Shown here: positions 57,939 to 64,000 of the stretch, one piece after another | How the letters are laid out: each line of letters starts with the position of its first letter | Numbering within the stretch: position 1 is the stretch's first letter | IMG/VR virus record: IMGVR_UViG_3300048597_000249 | Origin: an uncultured virus (IMG/VR IMGVR_UViG_3300048597_000249) | Taxonomy: Duplodnaviria; Heunggongvirae; Uroviricota; Caudoviricetes | Strand: one strand, 5' to 3' | DNA length: 64,000 bases | Translations under genes and position numbers: made by a program | Notes under the pieces: model-generated | The model's input: only the letters and a program-made list of their open reading frames with translations | Databases searched by the model: none | What the model was told of the DNA's origin: nothing

Positions 57939-58034
57939 AAAAAAATAGTAGTCCCGATTACCGGGATTAAATGATAAATGGCTTACACCACTAAATTCAG
58001 ACTTATTTGTTTCAGTCCCGACTATCGGTATTTT
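57939..58034 (-). CRISPR. Degenerate mini-array / crRNA-like RNA (type I-D-like repeat, about 27-nt spacer, truncated repeat)
   Basis: ATACCGATAGTCGGGACTGAAAC - spacer - TAATCCCGGTAATCGGGACT plus T7; resembles the recalled Synechocystis 6803 I-D repeat end TAATCCCGGCGATCGGGACTGAAAC. Confidence 0.72.
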
Positions 58035-58038
58035 GATT

Positions 58039-58067
58039 ACTATAACACAACAACAACCAATTTACAA
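58039..58067 (-). promoter_or_regulatory. Sigma70-type promoter of the crRNA-like RNA
   Basis: TTGTAA-17 nt-TATAGT with extended TG. Confidence 0.7.
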
Positions 58068-58224
58068 ATTTTTTCACAATATTGGTTTCCCCGAATGGTA
58101 TAAGTATTGTTAACAAAACTGGTCCGCCAATAATTCTCCCATTATCCTTGATACAACGCAATCTTTTATAAATCTTTCCATAGTAGCTATTTGCGACATT
58201 AAATAAGCTCTGTTATCAATCATA

Positions 58225-58554
58225 TTAATTCTCAAATATTTTGAATCTGTGAATAATAGCATGAGTTAAATATTGTTTATTTTTATCAAACACAACATCC
58301 GCACCCCATACTGCATTAATAGTTTTATCTCGGTGAAAGAATTCTATTTGCTTTTGCGCAAAAATTTCACACTCTAAATAATGTTCGGCGTTAGACCATG
58401 TAAGCATTATATTATCACGATCTCCTAATACTACATTAGGTTCAGATAGGTCTGGATTGGTAAATTTAAGATTTTTCCAAACTTGTAATGCGGTATCTAA
58501 AAGCTCCCTATTATTTTTTGTTTCAATTTTTGTGAAATAATTTTCTATATTCAT
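58225..58554 (-). CDS. Hypothetical protein (tandem paralog family)
   Basis: NIMLTWS motif. Confidence 0.55.
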   Translation of the reverse strand: MNIENYFTKIETKNNRELLDTALQVWKNLKFTNPDLSEPNVVLGDRDNIMLTWSNAEHYLECEIFAQKQIEFFHRDKTINAVWGADVVFDKNKQYLTHAIIHRFKIFEN

Positions 58555-58598
58555 AAAACCCCCATTCGTTTGAAAAAAGTTTCTAAGTTATTATTCAT
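58551..58598 (-). pseudogene. 15-codon remnant of a paralog start
   Basis: MNNNLETFFKRMGVL*, near-identical DNA to the starts at 59790 and about 60085. Confidence 0.5.
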
Positions 58599-58800
58599 TG
58601 TTTTTTTTTTTGATAATCAACTTATGTTTAACACTGTAATCTTCAATTTTGTCGCTTAGATTAGTTAAGTCTTCTAACACAGTTGTTATTTTTTCTAAAT
58701 TATAATGAATATTTTTAAAAACAAAGCTACGATGTTCGATCAACATTTGTTGTTCTATATGTTCGTTTAAGTTATCTACCATAACAGTATTAGTTTTCAT
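58591..58800 (-). CDS. Hypothetical protein
   Basis: Overlapping ORF in cluster. Confidence 0.45.
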   Translation of the reverse strand: MKTNTVMVDNLNEHIEQQMLIEHRSFVFKNIHYNLEKITTVLEDLTNLSDKIEDYSVKHKLIIKKKNNE

Positions 58801-59113
58801 AATCTATAAATTTTTTACAAATATTACCCAATTCGCACATATTTTTCAACATACCTCTTTCGTTAGTTTTATTTTCACCCCAGGTTTTAAAACAATAATC
58901 TACCCAGAATACATCTTTGTTATACAACTGTAAAGTTAATACTTTTTTTGCAAGATTATCTTTTAAACAATAAGTTATTCTTAGTTGTTCATATTTAACA
59001 TATGAATTTTCTATATTATGTTTATTTTTTAGTTTTATTAAATACTTTGTAATAATACTGGCTCTTTCTTTATAAGTGCTAGTTCCCATTATTATAGTTA
59101 TTATTATTTTCAA
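58790..59113 (-). CDS. Hypothetical protein
   Basis: Overlapping ORF in cluster. Confidence 0.45.
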   Translation of the reverse strand: MKIIITIIMGTSTYKERASIITKYLIKLKNKHNIENSYVKYEQLRITYCLKDNLAKKVLTLQLYNKDVFWVDYCFKTWGENKTNERGMLKNMCELGNICKKFIDYEN

Positions 59114-59396
59114 TTAACTTTTGTTCATATTCCCACATCTCACTAGTGTTTTTAATTTTAATCATATAGATAGAATTTTCGCCAATATAGGCGGAAAACT
59201 TATACGGACTTCTCCACCACTCTAAAAGTACATCACTATCGTCTTCTGTATTCACAAGCATATAAGTTGTAGATAACTTATTTAAGATTAAAAAGTTTTT
59301 TACATTTTTTCTAATATTCTCTGAACAGGTTAAGTTATTAATATCGAATTTCATTTTTAATATTGCGTATTGTTTTAGCTGGTCGAGATTTACCAA
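59079..59396 (-). CDS. Hypothetical protein (tandem paralog family)
   Basis: DVLLEWW motif. Confidence 0.5.
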   Translation of the reverse strand: MVNLDQLKQYAILKMKFDINNLTCSENIRKNVKNFLILNKLSTTYMLVNTEDDSDVLLEWWRSPYKFSAYIGENSIYMIKIKNTSEMWEYEQKLIENNNNYNNGN

Positions 59397-59790
59397 CGTC
59401 TTTATGACATGATGTATTGTAATATTCTTCCCAAAATAGCTCTTTTAACAATTCCGCCACTTTAGACAACTTTGGACTCTTTAACAACCAATCCTCATCA
59501 CTCACATAATTCTCCCAATATACACTGTCCTCAGTATCTACATCAATACCAACTCGATAATAAACACATCCCAAATTTTCAATTTCCCAAATAATATAAA
59601 TTCCACCACGACTTTCCAACGATGCATAACCAGGGAATGTGATACCCATATAATTGTCTAATTTTGTTAATAGGGATTTAGTTCTATCTACTGCGTATTG
59701 TGTTGGAACATAATAATATTCGTCGTCAGGTACTTCGACAAGTTCTAATTTTTCTATTTGGTTGAAAAAAGTTTGTAGATTATTATTCAT
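59338..59790 (-). CDS. Hypothetical protein (tandem paralog family)
   Basis: MNNNLQTFF start, GGIYIIWE motif. Confidence 0.55.
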   Translation of the reverse strand: MNNNLQTFFNQIEKLELVEVPDDEYYYVPTQYAVDRTKSLLTKLDNYMGITFPGYASLESRGGIYIIWEIENLGCVYYRVGIDVDTEDSVYWENYVSDEDWLLKSPKLSKVAELLKELFWEEYYNTSCHKDVGKSRPAKTIRNIKNEIRY

Positions 59791-60097
59791 TGTATAACCA
59801 CTCCAATACGTCATTAATTTTGCCAACAACAGGATCGTATATCAAATAATCTTGTTTGTTTTTTATATCCAACCAATACAATATATCACTCGTTTGCTCA
59901 TACATGACATATCGAACAAGACCTTTTTCAGATGACCATATTAAACAAACTTCATCGTTATATTTTTTCTCAACATACTCTGGTAATGGTTTTAAAAATT
60001 GCGCAAAATAAATTATGTCTTGTTTAAATAATTCTGGATAATTTAAATTATTTAATTTATCGCAAAAAGTTTCTAAGTTATTATTCGTTGTAGTCAT
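59783..60097 (-). CDS. Hypothetical protein (tandem paralog family)
   Basis: NNNLETFC start, EVCLIWS motif. Confidence 0.55.
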   Translation of the reverse strand: MTTTNNNLETFCDKLNNLNYPELFKQDIIYFAQFLKPLPEYVEKKYNDEVCLIWSSEKGLVRYVMYEQTSDILYWLDIKNKQDYLIYDPVVGKINDVLEWLYNE

Positions 60098-60426
60098 TTA
60101 TTTAATCTCTCCAATAATTTATCAAATAAATATTCTTTACCTTTAATTTGGTCAATACCTAATCCTTTTATCAAACATTCTCTATATGGTTGTTTATTTT
60201 GCCATTTTTCATATAGTCGTAACAGTTCTTCGGGATACATTGCCAAACCGTCCGCTAATTCGCAGAGTAAACTTTCAGTACCTTCGCCATTACAATAAAT
60301 CAGTTCTAAATATTTCGCCGAAAATCTATCTTGTTTAGCTTGTTCATACAACTCGTGATAACGCTTCATATAACATGTTTTTTCTTGTTTATTTTTTACT
60401 AGTGATTCTTGTATACATCCTTTCAT
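60094..60426 (-). CDS. Hypothetical protein
   Basis: Overlapping ORF in cluster. Confidence 0.5.
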   Translation of the reverse strand: MKGCIQESLVKNKQEKTCYMKRYHELYEQAKQDRFSAKYLELIYCNGEGTESLLCELADGLAMYPEELLRLYEKWQNKQPYRECLIKGLGIDQIKGKEYLFDKLLERLNK

Positions 60427-60771
60427 ATAATCACCCCAAGTTATTCGCCAATTTTACTACAGATTTATGTAATTATCACACCATTCTTTGCAAACATTCT
60501 ATTACAAACTTGAATCCATACTGATCTATCAAGGTATATCTATCTTGAATAAACATAAAATCAGGTAATTTAGCTCTATATGGTATCTCATATCTTACTT
60601 CGCCTGTTTGTTTCGTCCGATATTTTAAATCTTTTTTCATCTATAGGGTCGTAATTAAATACAACCCATCGATAAAATTCATCAATAATATTATTTCTTA
60701 CTTGTTCGTCAGAAATATGCGACATGAAATAATTTTTTGTCGGTATTGTCACTAATCGGAAATCGAACTCG

Positions 60772-61149
60772 TCAACAATAATTGCTCCAAATCTTTTTTT
60801 TATGATCTCCAGCACTCCAAAACTTTAAATGTTTATTTCGTTGTAATACTGCTTGCGAACACATTATATATTTCGCTTTTGCTTCCATATACCTCGGTTT
60901 TTCAGGATTGGTATAGGATGCTAGTGCTTCGGGATTTATCTTACTGGTTCCACAAACACATATCTCTTTTTCATCCACTCCAAAATCTTCTATTAATTTT
61001 CGCCTATTCTCTCGCAATAATTCGTAATCTCGATACGCAAATAACACTGGCTCATACCTTGTCGCAATTTTTATCGCTAATTTGTTCCCACTTACGCTTT
61101 TGCTCGATCCTTCTAAACCACCAAATAATAAATTTTCTATCGGGGTCAT
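60772..61149 (-). CDS. Hypothetical protein
   Basis: 125-aa ORF. Confidence 0.5.
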   Translation of the reverse strand: MTPIENLLFGGLEGSSKSVSGNKLAIKIATRYEPVLFAYRDYELLRENRRKLIEDFGVDEKEICVCGTSKINPEALASYTNPEKPRYMEAKAKYIMCSQAVLQRNKHLKFWSAGDHKKKIWSNYC

Positions 61150-61231
61150 ACTATTACAACTACACTACTAATATCTATTGTCCATAATAAATCTATTTTA
61201 ACAGAATATTTAGAACACTGCAACAACAGAA

Positions 61232-61282
61232 GTGTCCAAAAAAGTTATCCTAAGAGGCTATTAGGATGATTTTTCAGGACAC
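61232..61282 (-). terminator. Long hairpin, likely terminator after small terminase gene
   Basis: GTGTCC..AAAA.TTATCCTAA / TTAGGATGA.TTTT..GGACAC inverted repeat. Confidence 0.55.
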
Positions 61283-61328
61283 CTATTCATCCGGTTCGGT
61301 CACTTACCATCGCTATCGCTCGGTCATG

Positions 61329-62171
61329 TCATTCACATTCCTCTGCGTCTACATCAAGGGTGATTTTCGCGCCACTGTCACCCTCACCACGAATAGTCTC
61401 AATTAAATCGCGTATATCATCTTTGTTCACCGCTTTACCACGCTCTTCAATCCTCTTCGCTTCCTTCGCTTTCTCCACATAAAAATCATGGTAATTAATA
61501 GGTTCACCCATAATATCCCTGTTCAATTTATGCATCTTGCTCAACACGTCAATTGCCATACTTAATTCCTTAATACTCGCAACCTTTCTCTCAGATACCT
61601 CTGTAATCGCTTCTACAGCGTCTTGATACCCTACTTGATACATTTCCTTATCGTCGTCACTAACGTAGCTTAAAACACCGTTTTTGTTTGTCTCAAGAGT
61701 GTTTTCATTCTCGTCATCGGGAACAATACCTTCAATTGCACAAAGACGCAGGTAAGCATCACGTTCTTCTTGGTCGAATTTTACTTCAGGTGCATATTCG
61801 GCAAGCCATGCATCAAACATTTTGCCCAGAGCGTCTAATCTGGCGAGGTTGTCACCATCGGTCAATGCACTTTTACGCAATGACATGATATTCATCTCAC
61901 GATCATGTAAGTCAGCAACTTTTTGCCGATACGCACGTCGTTTGTCAAACCATTTTTCCTTTGACGCACGTTCCATTATTTTCTGCGGATTGATGTCATA
62001 TCTCGCACCCAATTCACGCATCGTCACAAACTTATTCGTCGTCGTTACTGGATCAAACTCTGGTTCGCCGTAAATATAATCACTTCTTATTTTTGTCCAC
62101 TCAATCGCTCTTCCACCTTTTTGACGCAACTTACGAATTGGACTACTGACGTTAACACTATGATCACTCAT
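61329..62171 (-). CDS. Putative terminase small subunit
   Basis: IEWTKIRSDYIYG...TMRELGARY..I..RASKEKW HTH pattern typical of TerS N-termini. Confidence 0.65.
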   Translation of the reverse strand: MSDHSVNVSSPIRKLRQKGGRAIEWTKIRSDYIYGEPEFDPVTTTNKFVTMRELGARYDINPQKIMERASKEKWFDKRRAYRQKVADLHDREMNIMSLRKSALTDGDNLARLDALGKMFDAWLAEYAPEVKFDQEERDAYLRLCAIEGIVPDDENENTLETNKNGVLSYVSDDDKEMYQVGYQDAVEAITEVSERKVASIKELSMAIDVLSKMHKLNRDIMGEPINYHDFYVEKAKEAKRIEERGKAVNKDDIRDLIETIRGEGDSGAKITLDVDAEECE

Positions 62172-62442
62172 TATCTTTACTGTTTTTAATTTATTTTTAG
62201 TAATGAGTAAATTTTAACGTCCATTACTAACTGCGTTTTTGAATCTATCGTTTTTATTTAGTTTGATTAATTTTTTGAAAATATGGATAATGCGTACACC
62301 CTGTATGTATCTTTAACCCTTACACAGTAACCATTCTAGCAAGTCTAGGTATCTACATGACTTGAGATCGCAACTATCCTATTATAGTAACAAGCGGGAA
62401 AGGAATTCCGCAAACCACATTTTTCAAACGGAGCAAACTAAA

Positions 62443-62736
62443 ATGACAACTGCAATCGCTAACAAGGTTTTAAGTTTTGACGAGTTCAAAAATAAATATG
62501 CTCATTTAATTGGTGTTTTTCTGGAGGAAGTCTCCCCTTACGGGGCGGTGGCAAACTATTATGGGGAGTTTGTTATAGAAGATGATGGTGATATGTACGC
62601 CATCCATGATAATGAGGGGACTGTACTCCTCTGTTACGACTATGGGGAAGATGTTACCAAGCGCTTCTCCTATGGAGTGAGAAGTTATGCTCATTTTAAT
62701 ATGTCCAGATGGGCAGAGCATTACTCGCAAGAGTAA
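62443..62736 (+). CDS. Hypothetical early protein
   Basis: ACGGAG RBS before ATG 62443. Confidence 0.6.
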   Translation: MTTAIANKVLSFDEFKNKYAHLIGVFLEEVSPYGAVANYYGEFVIEDDGDMYAIHDNEGTVLLCYDYGEDVTKRFSYGVRSYAHFNMSRWAEHYSQE

Positions 62737-62780
62737 TCAAACCCTGGGGAAGTGACTAACCCTGTATATAACGCACATCA

Positions 62781-63056
62781 CCCTAGTCAGAAGTCTGGTT
62801 CATAAGGTGCGATACCTTACTAGGGTTTGTCCGAAATGACGGTAAACTAGCTACGTTTGGATACACCGTTAGGTCTATCTACTCACTCGATAGAGTGAAA
62901 AAAAAATACCTGAGTTAATCACCGTTAGGTATTAACTGGTCTTATCCCTTTGGGGATATATTCTAAACAGTTTGATCCACTAAATTGTCTAGAGTATATA
63001 CCTATACTCCAAAAAAATGATCCACTAGCGTTTAGCGACAATCTAGTGGATCAAAA
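62781..63056 (+). ncRNA. Candidate structured RNA / leader
   Basis: Dense series of hairpins, repeated ACC-GTTA-GGT stem tips and alternative pairings. Confidence 0.45.
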
Positions 63057-63096
63057 TTAAAAACAATTCACGCGATTATATCGCGATTATCAAGTT

Positions 63097-63798
63097 ATGA
63101 CCACTTCCAATAAATTACGCTCTCTTATCCCTGTACCACCTAGCTTAACGGTACCCTTTGTTAAAAAAAGTACAGACAAAGACGGAAAGGAAAAACAAAC
63201 TTTTCAGACTGGTAACGTTACCTTACGTACACAGTTTGGTGGCGAAAATATTTACCAGTTCGATGCTGTATTAGCGTTATCCGGCAAGGAAACCACACTA
63301 CTAAGCTCGACAATTGATAAAAACCACTCAGTTAAAATCGTCCCCAACCATGGGACTATTAACGCAAAAATGTCACCAATGGGAGAATTCGCGGCAAATA
63401 CTTGCTACGAATTATTTCACGCTATCATCGGCAAAATTGAAGAATCTGCTAGTCAATACAGCGATCTAGGTTGGATGATTTTTACTGGCTTAGTGGAGAC
63501 ATTAAGCATTGATGAAAAAACATACCAGCTTAGTGGTTACTCACCTAAAGCATTGTATGAACAATGTTATTTGCTGAAAAATAAAGTTACAGCGGATAAC
63601 TTACCATTGTTTGTTTTTGTGAATAGCATGGCAAGCAATGTAAAAGAGTTACCACAATCTAGCGATGATATGCCTAAAACCAAAGCAGATCTAAAGCAAT
63701 GGTTAACTGACAACAAGGTTGAATTTTCTAACCAAGCAACATTGGAGGAATTAACCACATTGTATGTGGAAGCGACAAAAGAACCTGTAACAGTGTAG
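63097..63798 (+). CDS. Hypothetical protein with C-terminal HeH/LEM-like domain
   Basis: TKADLKQWLTDNKVEFSNQATLEEL. Confidence 0.6.
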   Translation: MTTSNKLRSLIPVPPSLTVPFVKKSTDKDGKEKQTFQTGNVTLRTQFGGENIYQFDAVLALSGKETTLLSSTIDKNHSVKIVPNHGTINAKMSPMGEFAANTCYELFHAIIGKIEESASQYSDLGWMIFTGLVETLSIDEKTYQLSGYSPKALYEQCYLLKNKVTADNLPLFVFVNSMASNVKELPQSSDDMPKTKADLKQWLTDNKVEFSNQATLEELTTLYVEATKEPVTV

Positions 63799-64000
63799 TA
63801 ACAGTAAGTAGGGTATGGCTTTTTATTTAGCTTTACCCTACTTCTCACAATCTTTTTTTTCAATTAGGGACATTCAAAATGTACGTCAATCAAGTTAACC
63901 TAGTAATTCATCACAACAGCAAACCAATGAATCTAGCAATAGATTTGACCCCATCTTTATATCTTTGTTTACCTAGTGTTAATATCCCTTCTGGTTTGTT

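Larger units (their letters stand above)
124..64000. mobile_element. Large siphovirus-like prophage, probably integrated at tRNA-Val; extends beyond the window
   Basis: Phage structural genes start 79 bp after the tRNA; terminase, portal, protease, capsid, tape measure and lysins present; no sheath and no integrase seen in the window. Confidence 0.85.

Noticed and set aside
62976..62987. 10-nt match (CCACTAAATT) to the crRNA-like spacer
   Set aside because: Too short, outside the seed region, and expected by chance in AT-rich DNA

Overview
The window is most of a large (>64 kb), AT-rich, siphovirus-like temperate phage or prophage that starts just after a tRNA-Val(GAC) gene. A cyanobacterial host is inferred from the cyanophage-like tail proteins, the tRNA lacking encoded CCA and a type I-D-like CRISPR repeat. 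It holds receptor-binding genes, PhoH, a displaced portal, a VirE-type helicase module with iterons, two peptidoglycan hydrolases, a 2372-aa tape measure protein, and tail chaperones with a lambda-type GGGAAAG -1 frameshift. Mu-like head genes, separated terminase subunits and many small accessory ORFs follow. Two signals stand out. (1) About 13 small, mostly very basic proteins in the head region, most with Gly/Ala-rich membrane-like helices, share an N-terminal leader M-F-L-x-D...A-x-F. The same A-x-F motif recurs in the prohead protease, scaffold and MuF protein, suggesting a capsid-targeting, protease-matured cargo system that includes a membrane J-domain protein. (2) A stand-alone repeat-spacer-repeat unit with its own promoter resembles a cyanobacterial type I-D CRISPR repeat, with no cas genes in the window (candidate RNA anti-CRISPR or regulatory crRNA). 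All calls are by-eye motif recognition; no searches were run.
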